NCBI GenBank assembly: GCA_035084275.1 | Contig: CM068747.1 | Location: 1,736,001 to 1,800,000, forward strand | Direction: 5' to 3' | DNA: 64,000 bases | From: Hydrolagus colliei | Taxonomy: Eukaryota | Shown here: in pieces, positions 7,800-21,920 of the stretch | Layout: the number at the start of each line of letters is the position of its first letter | How positions within the stretch are numbered: position 1 is the stretch's first letter | Position numbers and translations under genes: made by a program | Notes under the pieces: generated by a model | The model's input: the letters and a program-made list of their open reading frames with translations, nothing else | What the model was told of the DNA's origin: nothing | Databases searched by the model: none

Positions 7800-10549
7800 A
7801 ACATTCCGTGAAATAAATAAATGATCGAATCGCGGAGTCTGACCAGAAGTCAGTGAATGTGCCCACATAGTCATCTGGGTAGATCAACAGATAATAGAGT
7901 TTCATTATTTCCCAGCAGAACCCCCCCCTCCCCCCCACCGCCCCACACGGGGGAAGTCAATTGAATATTGCTGAAGAGGAACAAAACTTCTTCTGAAAAT
8001 GCTTTTTTTTTAAAAAGGGATAACACTACAATAATCCTATAACTAAACAAAACACAAGTTGGTTTAATTTTGTTGTAAGGTCCCTAGCAGAGGGCTGTGA
8101 GGTCTATCCGCTGGGACCTTCCAGCCCTCTGGCCTTAATATTGATTCCAACAATTTCAAGCCATAGCAGCTCACCTCCCCCCTCTTCTGTGACTGTCTGA
8201 TCTGCCTGTTCAATGGCCATATCGGTCGGTCGGTCGGTCAGTTGGCTGCACACCGGTGGGTGGAGTGAGTCAAAACTTTTCAAAAATCACCAATGTGTAC
8301 CGGCAACAACAGCAACAACAGCAACACCACTGGAGGCGTGACATTGTTGCCTAATTTAGTATTTTTTTGTGAATCTGGGGTGAAGTACCACTCTGATCAC
8401 ATCAGTGCTGGACATGAGATCTCTAAAGCATTCGCTCCAAGTTTCGGGTTTTGAGGTATCGCAGCATGTTTACTGGTATGTTTGGTTATAACATTGCTGT
8501 TCACGAGAAACTATGCCTTCAGAAGCAGTGTTCCAGGCACTACAATTCAACTTGTTTTTGGGGTGACAGATTCCTACTTCAGACATGATTAATTTAGTAA
8601 AATGTTAAAACTGATTGCAAACGTCAAGGCAAAGGGGACCTAAACCCAACAAATGATGGATTATGAACAATTCAAGGTCTAAAAGACGATAAAAGAATCC
8701 GAAAGACGTCTGCCATCTGTCATAGCAAAGAGCACTTCTACAAGATAAGATGAGTTTTGGTCTTTGAAGATGAGATTCTCCTGGGCTTCTTTAGAAACGC
8801 ACCAAGCCACCAAACTCTAATGTTGTCAACTGATTTCTCCATCATAACGATATAGAACTGGCTGCAGAATTGAATCAGTTTGAAACTTAGGGCCATGTGG
8901 GAAAACAACCTTTGCATTGACTGAGGTGAGTCAAAAAAAAATCCCAGACACGTTGCTGCAACTTCATTGTGTTTCTAAAGCGATAAAAGAGAAAGCAATT
9001 CCATTAGCTCTTTCTAACATTAGGAATGATATCAACAGTTAAAAACCAGTGAGCAGAGGTCTGATTATGTATTTAGTAAGCAGGCACAAAGCACTGTAGA
9101 TCCCTAAGGGGGCAGCAGCATCATTGGACCAGTATTAATCTTTGCTGTCAGCTTTCACTGCTCTAAAACTAGGCACTGGTCTGAAATGCAGTGCATCTTG
9201 CAGTACAATTGAAACATTAATCTGTTCTGCTGGAGTCCAGTAACTTTCAAGTAAACCCCCAGAGTACAGGGGTCAAACAATCATGTCAAAACATGGGCAA
9301 ACACACGATGGACTTGCTACCATAAAGGATGCCCTTTGTAATCTTGTTTGATGCCAAAAAAAAGATTTTTGTTCTACAGTATTTATCTTATCAGGTGTAT
9401 TACTTAGGAAGAAACATAATTTGCCCTCAAGTAAATATGACTGAACTCAAACTCAAAACATATCATACGAAAAGACAACAATAAACTTGTCAATCAGTAT
9501 TTCCATCTCCAAATAGAATTCACCCGGATAACAAAGGAACTAAAAGGTACATTTGATGTGCTAAAATACAAACTTTTTAAAAAAAAGATTGTGTCTAAAC
9601 TTTCTGTCAAATTTCTTTCACCTCCTCTCCTTGAGGTTTTTGATTTCCGTTTTGCCTCAACTGTGGTATGATTCTAATTAATTGACCATTAATTTTCACA
9701 TCTGAGCAGGATTTTGACCAGGGACCATCACAGTTGAGCCTGATCCCATCTTCACTCCGCGTACACACCCATTATTGGTTTCTGGGAAGTGATTAATTAG
9801 AGGGACTGTGACTGAACCACACTAATGGAATGAAATTGAATGAAAGTCTTGTTGTTGGCTTGAACCATTTGTAAATTATCTGGCCGTCTCCCACAAGGTA
9901 ATTTGCATATTATTCCTAACCGTTCTCAATTTAGTGTTAATCGGGATTAATTTCACTTCAGAGCCATAAAAAAATGGTTGGTATAGGAAATGACAATGCC
10001 ACACTGGTTCCAGCAGAGGGAACCCTTGAGGTTAGGGGAGCAAATGGTTCAGAGCTTTACTCTAACAAAGGGCATGGAGCATGTCTTCTTAACTGAGGCT
10101 AACATGTATAACATTCTAACCCTCTATACTTCAGTCCTATATATGATATTGTAGTGTTTGATGTTTACATTGGATACAAATAATGGCAAAAGATTCCCGT
10201 TCCAAGTGCTTTTGTCCACCATCGCAAATAATAATTAGTCAGGCAATTCTCAATTGTATTCCTTGCTTCTCATCCATCTTTTGTATTGCTGTATTTCAGG
10301 TTAGCACAGTGACAACATATGCTTATGCATTGTTAGAACTGTAAACCTATTAAAGTACTCTAGTTTAAAGCTTCTTGTCGGGTTACAGCTATAAACTGCT
10401 CCATACATTGTTGAGTTTTGCAATCTGCAGTTGCTGTGCATGTAATTTGCTTTGTCCTTGAAAACCTTGTTAGATATTCATAGTGGAATATTCTCTTGAT
10501 GCTACGTCTGAAAGTTGCCCCTTGGTTTTTTTAAGAAGTGTAAAGGATT

Positions 10550-10897
10550 GTGGTTGAGCACTCGCCTTGCTAGTGAGAGACCTGAGTTTGATTACAGGTA
10601 GGGCGGAGTGTTGGGCAAGTTTCCTTTATCTACACACCTCTGTTTACCTTGCAGGAAGTGGAAACCCAGTTGTTAGTCGATCGGCAGATCATATTTCCAA
10701 AGGTAATAACTCCTTTGAAAATAATAACAGTAATTTGGTCACTTAAATCCATGACTGTTTTAGGGACTGCTGTGCACAATTGCCTGGTACGTTTCACCAC
10801 ACAATATGCAGAAAATTCACTTTACAGTATATTCTAGGAAGGAATTTCAGAAGTCTTGAAGATGCTATACCAAATGCAAAGATTATTATTATTATTA
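10550..10897 (+). mobile_element. tRNA-derived SINE with L2-type tail and (ATT)n end
   Basis: tRNA head remnant, core gttgttagtcgatcggcag, Deu-SINE-like segment ctgctgtgcacaattg, tail aaatgcaaagattattattatt. Confidence 0.85.
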
Positions 10898-11427
10898 TTT
10901 TTTTGGAGCTGGACTAAAATCTCTGATATCAGAGGGAAAATGATAATGTTCTAACACACCTGCATGTGTATAAACAATATACACTATAATTCTATCTAAT
11001 TTTAGTTCTATCGACGGAGCTATAAGACCATGCACTTCATTACTGTACTTCCAAACCTTAATTTTATAAAATCGAAATACTATAAATGAAATAAAGTATA
11101 TTTCAGATTACATTTATGGTCCTTACAGAGAAAACAGCTATTACACAGTTAATAATCTTCTGCTTCACAGTATCATAGCTGCTAAGGAGCTGCAGCCAAC
11201 AGCGGCAAGCAGACAGCAACCGCACAAAGGTTAAAATTAATGCTGTTGGATAGTTCAATGGATCCTAACAAATGAGTCAAGCTGTTAGATAGGCTCCAAT
11301 TGTGACAATAAGGTAGCTGTTGTCCAAATTAGAAAATGCTCAGGTTCCCAGGTTTAGAGATTTGCAGTTATCAAGAGCTACCATGCAATCTCTGGGTCTA
11401 ATTTTGCAATTCGGGCCCCAAGTGAAT

Positions 11428-11893
11428 ACAATAACAAAAACAACAAAATTACATTTGTAAAGCGCCTTTCACATCAGGTTGATTCCCAAGGTGCTGAACA
11501 GTCAGGGATCAGGACCTGAGCATGATAAGGGGTGGGGGGGTGGGGGGGCAGGGGGTTGGCAAGATTGGCATGAGGGACGGCAGAGAGGTAGGAGGGCAGC
11601 TGAAGGCACGGTCGAAAAGGAGGGTCTTGAGACCAGCCTTGAAGGAGGAGGCAAGGACAGGGGCAAGGACAGGAGCAAGGTGAAGGGCTTGTGGGATGGA
11701 GTTCCAAAGTGTGGGGGCAGAGTGACTGTGAGCCTGGCTACCGACGGTAGGGCGGGAGAGATGGAGCAGGCTGAATGGAGTGGGTGGGCGGGTTGATAGG
11801 TTGTCAGCAGGTCAGAGAGTTGGGAGCGAGGGGTGGAGGGCCAAGGCCATGGATGTTTCTTGAAAGTGAGGATGAGGATGTTGAATTCTATCA
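11428..11893 (-). mobile_element. L2 3' fragment, tail type A
   Basis: ORF 11502..11894(-) begins IEFNILILTFK; reverse-complement tail acaacaaaattacatttgtaaagcgcctttcac. Confidence 0.88.
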
Positions 11894-14097
11894 AGATCTA
11901 TCTTGAATTGTATCAATTATATCTTCAATAAACATTTGTCAAGCTAGGCATTGTTTTTTTTACAGTGGTTCAATTGCTTGAACAAGACAGATGGTCAAAA
12001 GATTGTTACGAAAGATATGAATGATTCCAATGAAGAATTCAGAACATTGCTGAACCAAAGCAATTCTAGTTGTAGTCAATTAGTAGTCAAGTAGCCAATT
12101 TTGCATATGTTTGGATGATGACAACGAGGTTTGAGTTTCTGACTTTATCGGTGCACAATTCTGCTAATAATGGAAAATTTGCCTTCCTAAATTAGAATAA
12201 TTGGTTTCATAAGGAAACATTTGCTTCTCATCTGTCACGGTCCAGTTTAGAGCTTACAACATTTCATCATTTATCTTGTCAATGCTAAAAATACTGCATC
12301 TGATTTGAAACTCATCAATCTTACCATGTGCTGTCTTTGTTGGAGACTTTTCCTGGCTTACAGTCAAGTAGGCAGGTATCTCTGTACCGGCTGTGGTGTG
12401 GTGGAGACTCCTCCAGAAACTGCCTCAATTTATATTCATTTTTGGAAGTGAAGTGATTCTATGTCTTTGCAATATCCTGACAAGGTTCATATTGTTTTTA
12501 CGCTTACATTTTACACTTAATTTCAATTGATTTGAAGTGAAGATGCAGAGCTGCTGGATTACATCCCATGCTTATCATTGACACATCTTTTTTTTTTTAA
12601 GAGTATGGGTCTCAAACACCAGACAAAATGGCTCACTTGATTCCCAATTTGTATTTTATCATTCAAAGCAATCACTCCTCTTTTTAGGCCAGGCACAAGC
12701 TAGGTTTACCTGCATATGAAAAATAGTAAGTTCCATTCCTATACCTATAGCATCCCTGTTCAAGACTTAAGACTTTCCAGAGTCATACCATTTCTGGTCG
12801 TCAGTTGGATTTGAAATAATGGAAGAGAAAAAAACTATCCATTAAAGTGAGCAGGCTATGCAGTATTGACACAAATTGAAACACATTTTGTGTTTGTGAC
12901 TATAAATAGTAATAGGTACTTTGCAGGTTGCTTAGCATGCCAATGACCTGAAGATGACATCCTTTGCAATGTTGATTACTTACTGCTAAGTTCTCTCAGA
13001 AAGAACCAATTCAATTTTCTGTATTTTGAAAAGTTAATTCAAAACACTCAATTGCAGTATCAGTTTGCTTAGAATCTTTTAGAAAATACACAAGGCACAA
13101 TGGGAAAAATATCAGAGTCAAGGAAGCATGTCCAATGACTGACATTTTCTGTATTTTTTATTATTGCAGGCTGGAATAATCTGCAAGCAATGTAAGTACA
13201 TCTGGTCACATGACTTTAAGGGAATCAAAAATGTTGATTTCTATTACTTACATGGGTATAACAAGATATCTCTTCATTCTACTTCACATTCACTTCGCTG
13301 AGTGTGCATGTGTGTGTCACCGTGCGTCCCCCCCCCATGTTTGCCTATGTCTATATATTATGTATGTATGTATGTATGTGTGTGTGTGTGTGTGTGGAGA
13401 AAGTAAGCAAGCAAGCAAGAAAGCAGCTAGGATATTGACAACTTGATGAGTTAAGTGATAGTGATAAGATAAGCCAGAAATTTACTGTATTGCTAATGCA
13501 CCAATCCTCCTCCACCATCTATTTCCCCTCATTCACCTTAGCCATGCTCCTTCACTGTGAAGCTTTCTGAGACACTACCTTACCTGAAGTGCGCTATATA
13601 AGTACAAGTTGTTGTTGAAGTGCGGTATATACTTTTACTCCAACAAAAGACTAAGATTATAGTAAATAACGTGTATATATATATACATATATATCTCTGA
13701 AAAAAAATTAATCTTTCGATTTATGAAGAGAACCCCAGTTTCTTTGTTGATGATCCAGTGCGTTTTAATGCAGAAAGGAAATTACAATCAATTTAATGTT
13801 GAGTTTATAGTGCTAGAAGCAAAGAAGTGTCACCTCCAGCGGTAAAGTAATCGCTGAGGAAAGTCTGATTTATATTTCCTGTTCCTAATCGCATCGGTCA
13901 ATGCTGTAGAAGAGGTTTGTACATGAATGAATGGTGCTCCCATATACTTGCAGAGGCAGCACTTATGCTATAATAAGTGAGACGATGCTGTGCTAGTTAA
14001 GCCAACACGAGTGATAGTTAAACGGTCAGTCTCAGAGAAACAAAGAGTGTTTCATCACAGAAAGCTGTTCGGCTCAAGTTTCCTTACTACACACCCC

Positions 14098-14303
14098 TAA
14101 TAATAATGACTCGAAAAAAAATTGGTAATTTCAATCCACGACTGTTTGTGGGATACTGCTGTGCACAATTGGCTGCCGACAGCCAATGCGTTTCACCCAC
14201 AAATATATAGTCAATTCACTTTACAGTATACTCTGTGAAGCGTTTTGAGACGTTTAGAAGACATGAAAAGCGTTATATCAAATGCAAGGATTATTATTAT
14301 TAA
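14098..14303 (+). mobile_element. SINE 3' half
   Basis: caatccacgactgtttgtgggatactgctgtgcacaattggctgcc..gtgaagcgttttgagacg..caaatgcaaggattattatt. Confidence 0.88.
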
Positions 14304-14859
14304 TATAATAGGACATATTGATCTGCTACTTAAAACACCTTCTTAAGGTAGTCTCAGCAACCAAAACTCCAGCATGGGAGTTGGAAAAGTAGCATTGTAT
14401 GGGACACAAACATCATAAAGTGTCTATGAGGGGTAGTGTCACTGGGGACTAATTTGACATGTTTTACCGGATTCATTAGTTATAACTGTCAGTTTGTGCA
14501 TATTCAGTTTGTGAGATTCACAAAAGATTGATTGTGAATCCCTAAATCTAGCAGCACCCCCAAAATGGCCAATAAGCAAAACTGAAAATGTCTCTCTTTG
14601 AGAGCAGCATCGGAGGCTTTTGAGATAAGAGATAAAAAAAATCCACAGAAGGTTTTTCTCAAGATATTAGAGAAGATTGTTGTCAAGATTTGTTGATAGA
14701 TCAGCTTGTATAGACCTTTGTAAATGTACACTTTCTCATGTACTTACCAAATTCTTGGGTGGAATTCAGGAACTCATGCTTGGTTCTGGCTTCTTGGCCC
14801 TATCTATCAACCCCATCTTCGCCCGATTCCTCTAGCTTCCCACTACACAGAGGATACAG

Positions 14860-15100
14860 TTCAAGATTTTGGTCCCCACCTTCAAAGCCCTCCATGCCTT
14901 TGCTCTTTCCTACCTTGGTGACCTTCTACCAACCTGCCCGCTCCCTCCACTCAGCAGGCTCCAAACTGCATAAAGTCCTCACCTTGCCTGCCCCACCAAT
15001 AACTGGCAGGCCTTCAGCCATCTGCCCCCATACTCTGGAACTCCATCCCGCAGTCCCTCCCCGATGTGAAAGGCGCTACACAAATGTAATTTTGTTGTTA
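14860..15100 (+). mobile_element. L2 3' fragment, tail type A
   Basis: Ends ctcccgatgtgaaaggcgctacacaaatgtaattttgttg. Confidence 0.8.
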
Positions 15101-17292
15101 TTGGTGTAAAATTTTGAAAAGTATGGACTGTAGAAAAAAAAGTAATGAACATGGAACCACCATGGGAATAAATCTTTAACTGCTTCTGCAGTGATGAGAG
15201 CAAATATAATTAGCCAGTACAGTACTATAATTAGCCACTTCAGTTAATGTGAGTTCTTAATCTACTTCCTTGTAAAGAGTTCAGATAGCAAACATTCTTG
15301 TATATTTTGTATTCATAGCAGCTAGTATTATAATATACTATTCAAATAAGTAAATGAAGTGTTGATGCAATTCATTATTAATGGTTTTATATAGATTAAA
15401 CCAATTTAGAGCAATGTTTCATATCAATGCAGACAAATAGATAAGCTTCTCAGCATTTATTAGATGTATAGGAGCTGGTTAGACAGATTGCTTTGAATTC
15501 TGTGCATTTTGAGTGACATCTGGTGCCATTTGAAAACCCGACTGTCAACTGTCATCGACTGACAATTGTTAACTTCCGAAGCTTTTACTGTTGTTGAGTC
15601 ACAACACAATTTTAAAATCCTGAAGAAAGACATAAAGCACCATTACAAATCTGCAAAAGAGTTAACCTTGCTTTTGGGATAAATTTATCAGAGCCTACAG
15701 TTATAAGGATTCACATTTTAACTCATGATCCCCTCGCTTGGCAGTGTTTAATTCCTTGCCATGCTTTTAATGTAAAGTGCAGTGGCTATTTTGTAGATGA
15801 ACAAGGCAACCAATTTTGCGCACAGCAATGTCTCTTGAAACACAGTGAAGTTACAAGTCAGGTGCTAATGTTATTTATATTGAGCTGTTCCTTTAACCTT
15901 AAATCCTTGCTATTATATATTTTACCTATTAAGTATTAATTTATAAGGAATATGCATCAACAATAGTATTTGGTGCTGCACTTCGAACAACAACAACAAA
16001 ATTGCGTTTGCATAGCACCGTTCATGTCGGAAGGACATCCCAAGGCATTGAAATCTCTTTGGGTTATAATGGCTGCCTATTTATCAGGGTGCAGATGGTA
16101 TTAAAATACCTGGGATGTGAGTAAAGTTCAGTAACCTCTGGAGGAATGATATTTCAATCATTGCCTGATGGAGAATTGATCATTTGTTACTGAACTCCCA
16201 GGCCGCAATTCTAGTATTGATGAAATCATGGCAGTAGAAAGTAGCATCAGAGTGGAATCACATCAAGCCCTTTCCAGAAAACATAATAGAATTTCCAAAT
16301 TGAAAACAAGGATAACAAGGAGAGACAAACATTTGGTTGGCTGTGAGTGGTAGAAAAAGTTTTCTTCGACCAAAGCGTGAATTTAGAAGCTGGCATTAAA
16401 TTGTAGTTGGACAAACACTTTCTGAATCAGGAAGATACTAATTTTTTTTTTTTTAATTTATAGTTTCTTTTCAACAAATTAGATTGCTATCATAGTGGAA
16501 CAGGATCAACAGGAGAAAAAAGTGATAGATATTACTATAAATAAACAAGGCTTCCTATAGCTCAGACTTTAATAAGAATTATATAAAATCTTAAAGTATG
16601 TGAGTGTGGATATTAAGTTAGGATTATGCAGAATTGTCCTTCCCGTAGTTGCAAAACCTACTGACATTCACTGCCCAGGTACATAGGTGAAGAATGACCA
16701 AGTCGGAGTGCCCTGGAACCATGTTAGAATGAATCAGAGGTTTCAGTGGGATGAACATTGGGGGGGGGGGAAATTAATTAAATAAATAGATGGTCAAATT
16801 CAATCTTGGACAGTTTGTTTAGTTTCCCCGTGTGGCTGCAGAGATTTTATACAAGCATAAATCAAATGGTTATTGAATCGAAGCTAAACCATTTTACATA
16901 GAATTTGTAATAAAAAGAAAAGCTAGTTCCCCAGGTCATGCAATTTTACAAAAGATAACAAAACTGGGGTAATTTAACATATAACAATAGGAATAACTCC
17001 ATTAACTGGCATTGGAAAGAAGAGCAGTAACAATTAGATATGTAAATGAATTCTGCAGATTTTTTTAGAATCTATATCCAGTCAAGGTATTATCTGATTT
17101 TATTATTCAATGTTATTTGTTTAATAAAATGTAAACAAATATTTAATTTATACCGTGAAGGGGTAAAGATTAATATATTTATTTTAAAATAGTATAGATA
17201 CATAAACTTTTTTTAATAAGTTCAACTTTTCTCCCCATAAACTTCATGTCAACTTCAACTGAAGGTTTTTTTTGTTTTCTAAACACCAAGAT

Positions 17293-17307
17293 GTTGCCAA
17301 AGGCAAC
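17293..17307. promoter_or_regulatory. Palindromic RFX X-box-like motif GTTGCC-AAA-GGCAAC
   Basis: Fits GTNRCC(N0-3)RGYAAC with perfect half-sites, in apparently non-repetitive intron sequence. Confidence 0.4.
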
Positions 17308-17599
17308 CGTACTATGGAGAGATGCATCACGCATTTAGCCCAGACAAACCTGGAGAATTTGCACTGAAAGTTGCTTTCCAATATTAGCATTACATTAAAT
17401 AGAAGCTAATAAAAAAACTCGCCTTCACATGGCATCATTATTACACCTGATTGATTGTGCTGTTGGAAATAAAAATCACCCTATTCTTCCGTTTGCAGAA
17501 AAGTTTGAGAAAAGTAATTATAGGAGACAACAATGTAGCTGACCTTTTCCAATCTTGCTTCTTGCTGAGTGTTTGAGAGAAACCAAGACTTGGAAAGTA

Positions 17600-17900
17600 A
17601 GTGTTTCAAGACATTTGGAAACAAGGAGAGGAAATTAAATTAGAAAGATAATGTGACCGAAGAGTTCAAAATAACGAAGGAATTGAAAGCTGGAGAGTAG
17701 ATGCCTTCTTCCCTCTTGTAGAAGGTTTCAAAATAAGGAGGGTCTAGACTTAAAATTTGTCCTAAACTAGCTAGAAGCAGAATCAACTGTGATTATTTTA
17801 AAGGGAGAAAAAAATACTTGGATTATTGAGAATTATGGAGACAATACAGGAAAATTGGATTAGAAGATTTACCATTACGTAATAAACTGGCGGAACAGTC
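17600..17900 (+). mobile_element. Ancient CR1 LINE 3' remnant
   Basis: Degenerate ..ttcaaaataacgaagg..cttcttccctcttgtagaaggtttcaaaataagg..; purine-rich, CR1-like 3' region. Confidence 0.4.
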
Positions 17901-18239
17901 TTTGACAAATATCTCATGAGTTGCCATGGACTAATAAAATGTCAGAGAAAGTTTTATCAGCCAAATGGTCTTTCCTATGGTCCGTAGGTGTGCAATCATT
18001 TTAGAAAACTGATACCAAAAGACAATTTTATTTTGTGAGTCTGATCATTATAAATACTCCAAAACTGACCAGATTGACAGGTGGCCAGACCTTTAGCAAC
18101 ACTACACTAAATCTTGTCACTAAATCCAGAGACAACCTGAGGTCCCATTTGTCTACTCAGGTGGAAGTTAAAGATTCCATGGCACAACTCAAAAAGAGAA
18201 GGGAGTTTAAGCCTGTGTCCTGGCCAACTATATCCCAAA

Positions 18240-18401
18240 TAATATTGATCATTCACTTCATGGCTGTTTGTGGGACATTGCTGTGTGCAAATTGGCTGCC
18301 GCATTTGCCTACATAAACTTTACAGAGTATATCCTATGAAATACTTTGAGGCATTTTGACAATGCGAGAAGGCACTATATCAAATGCAGAGATTATTATT
18401 A
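18240..18401 (+). mobile_element. SINE 3' half
   Basis: Same family tail as the other copies. Confidence 0.8.
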
Positions 18402-21400
18402 GAAGATGGTCAAATGTTAGTTCAGTATTACCTGAGGCATATAGTTCAGGACCAGTATATACAACTATAGTAAATGAACCTAAAATATATGTATAATTTT
18501 AAGGCCTGTTGTTTATACTGTATTTGCTAGAGTAATTACTAGACAAATATGCATCACATTCTTCAGAAATACTGTTGAAAGAAAGGTGTGAGAAAGTTTT
18601 GTTTCTGACAATATGTGTTGGCAAGTACAGTAAAATGTACTTTTATTGAAGCAGGATTAATGGTGGTAGAAAAATCATGGTTCTCTCCAGCCATTATAAC
18701 AGTAACATGCAAGTGGATTTATTCAAGCAAATAAAAAAAAGGGTGATGCACTATGAATAAGGGATGTCAATGTCCACATCTACTCAAATGTAGAATTGAT
18801 TCATGCATGAAACTATGCCAACTTTATCAAGATGCAAAGCTCCAACCTGAACCACTCCCATTTCCAGCCCTCTGTGAGGCTGCTGCTCTGGGTTATTGAT
18901 GATAATAAATCATAATAATCCTTGCATATGATATAGCAAGTTTTCAAACAACAACAACAAAATTACATTTGTATAGAGCCTTTCATGTTGGGAAGACGTC
19001 TCCCACGGATCTGAAACTTTCTGAGGAAAATAAATCAAAGAACATTGCTGGGTGATCAGAGGAGCAGCTGGCCTGGTGCTGTTTGTGTCTATGAATAATA
19101 GAACCCATGCTTTCAAAAGTATTTATTTTGAGAAAAATGACCCTTAGAAATACCACAGGCTAAAAGCTGTCAGACTAACAGCTGTGGCTTTACTGTATGG
19201 ATTATCCCATTACACAAGCACCCACCACCAGAGCCAGTAAATTTAGTCATCAATAGAAAATATCACACGATGTGCTTTGCCCAAAATTATAATCTCTCCA
19301 AGCAGTTCTGTGGACTTGATCAGCAGATCTTATGGAGAAACTGGAGGTGTGCATGAGAAATGATTCCAGTGTCATAGAAATAGCAGAACAGGAGGCCATT
19401 TGGCTTATCCAGCCTATGTAGTTAACTACAGTGCAGCTCTATTACAACAAGTTGAGCTTCTTTATTGCTCAAATTCAGTTCTAATAATAACAATAATAAT
19501 AATTATTACTATAAATTCAGTTATAATGTGGTTGCTCTGTGGATCCTATACATGTGCCCGCTTGCTTCCTGGTGTCTTTTTGTAAAAATGGCTGACTTCC
19601 AGGTTATCAGATTGCCTCTGTCATCATTTCCTACTTGGCAATAAGCCGGAAGTGATGTCACAATAACCCTATGAGCCAGTGGTCGTCCATTTTATTTGTA
19701 GCAAGAAGTGAGCTGGCCAGCAAGGCGCATGCAGTGAAATCAGCTATTTCATTTTGCTATACAATGGGTTGGAATTTTAAGGAAACCAACCAACCCGTTA
19801 CAATGAGACCACATATTCAAATGTCAAATTCCCTGATTTCTCCCAATATTTAATGGAGTTTATGATATCTTTCATTGAATTCAGTTGATTGGGTGGTGGA
19901 CTTGAGAAGCTGCAGAATATAACTGAGCAATGTTTGGGATATCAGAAAATGCAGGGTCTTAAGTCAGTGCCATGATGATGATGAATAGCCCACACTACAT
20001 GTCTTGTCAGCCCTCGTCAGAAGACATTGAGCATTCCATGTAGATGCTTCAGGACATTCTTTCTCTTGATGTATTAACATCAGAGTGCCTCTGGTCCCAA
20101 TAAACCCTTAATACATCTGTATTTGAATGCAATACCTTTTCCCACAAATACTGGTAACGTGAGGTATTATAGATGTTATCAAAGAAGAATGGTTACATGT
20201 CAAAGCTGCACAATGAGATGCTGATGTGTGTGCCATGTTCCGTGTGCATTTTCAATACTTCTATACAGCAAAAGGCTTAAAGATGAAAAGTCAGTATGGC
20301 TGGCTAGACGCCAAGTGAAAGAAGGTCACATTTGCTGATGACTCAAAAACAGGGGCAACATAGACAGAAGATGCAGCAAAATATTTTCAAAAGGATTCAG
20401 ATTGTTGTTCCAAATGGACTGACACAAGAAAAAAACTGCTGAAATGCTAATGCTAAAATATTAAGTATTATGAATATTTATACAAAAAATGTAATCATGG
20501 AAACTTAGAGGAATTTAGCCAGCTAAAGCCACATAGCAGAGCACTGGTATATAATATAATTATCAAGTCTATCTTCCCTATTTTATACTTAAAATATACA
20601 TGCAGCTCTTGTCTAATCAATTGGCAAGAAGGCTCACACGGAATTGTAATTTTATCAAACCAGTCATTGTTTTGGTGCAAAGTGTATGATCACATACAAA
20701 TTTGGTTAAAACCCTTCAAGCAGGCATTCTTGTCTAGGTGTGATTTCCATTAAATTCTACACCCCATGCACCTATCACAATAGCCACTGTGTCGAAATAA
20801 TAGAAAATGTTTGACATGCGGTTAAAATAATTGAATCTTGATTCACAGCTGCACCAGCATCAGGGAGAATCATTCTGTAGAGCATAATGGAGTACGCAAT
20901 CTAAATTTAAAACTAACATTAAGAGTGAGTGAAAAAGAGAAGAGTTTAACAATAGCAATTCACAAAACCAATACTGATTCCACAATGATCTAATTAACTC
21001 CTGGAATGTTGCATTTTAAGTCAACAAAGGCAGACTCCAAATCAGTAAAAGCATTTTAGCACGTGATTTAGCCCAGCTCATTGATAGCATGGCTGCAAAC
21101 ATAAACCACGTAAGTCTACATCACACTCAGAGCAGCCAAAAGTATGCACAATTGACACTTATTTGTCAATCATAAGTCTTTTAAAAGAGTACAAATGCCT
21201 CACTGTGTAATAAGAAATATTTTCTAATGATATCTTGATATTAAATCAAAGTCTCTTATGTTTCTCATTAAAATCAACAATGGACAGACTATTGTATTCC
21301 TGTATGTTCTATGAACATACATAATGTCTATATATAAAACTCCTCTATGTGATTTGTTATTCAGTTCTCAACTGGTTTCCTGTCTGAAAGCCTACAACAC

Positions 21401-21554
21401 TAAAGTACAGTAGTTTGTTTATTGCTGAAGAATATCAATGTGCAAAGAATGAAAGCAAAGGTGCTTTTCTGAAAATAAACGCACATTTTGTGAAAGCATG
21501 CATAAGAGTCTTCATGAAACCACATTATCATGCACACCATGCCCTATTCTGTAC

Positions 21555-21743
21555 TAATAATAATCCCTAAAAAAAATGGTCATTTCAATCCACGGCTATT
21601 TGTGGCACACTGTGTGCTCAATTGACTGCCACGCTTCGCCCACATATATTCAGTCAATTCACTTTACAGTATTTTCTGTGAAGTGCTTTGAGACGTCTCG
21701 AAGATATGAAAAGCACTATATCAAATGCAAAGATTATTATTAT
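21555..21743 (+). mobile_element. SINE 3' half
   Basis: Same family tail as the other copies. Confidence 0.85.
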
Positions 21744-21920
21744 GTTAAGACCTTTTGAGATAACCTTTACAAGAGTCCAATTTTATCTTTAAATGATTGT
21801 GATTGGCAGCATAGGCCAAACAAAATAAGTGAAAGGCAATAGATAACTAGGATCATGTTTTGAGTTATATAAAGAAAATTAAAAGCTCCTAATGACATTT
21901 TAACTTACCAAACTAAATAA

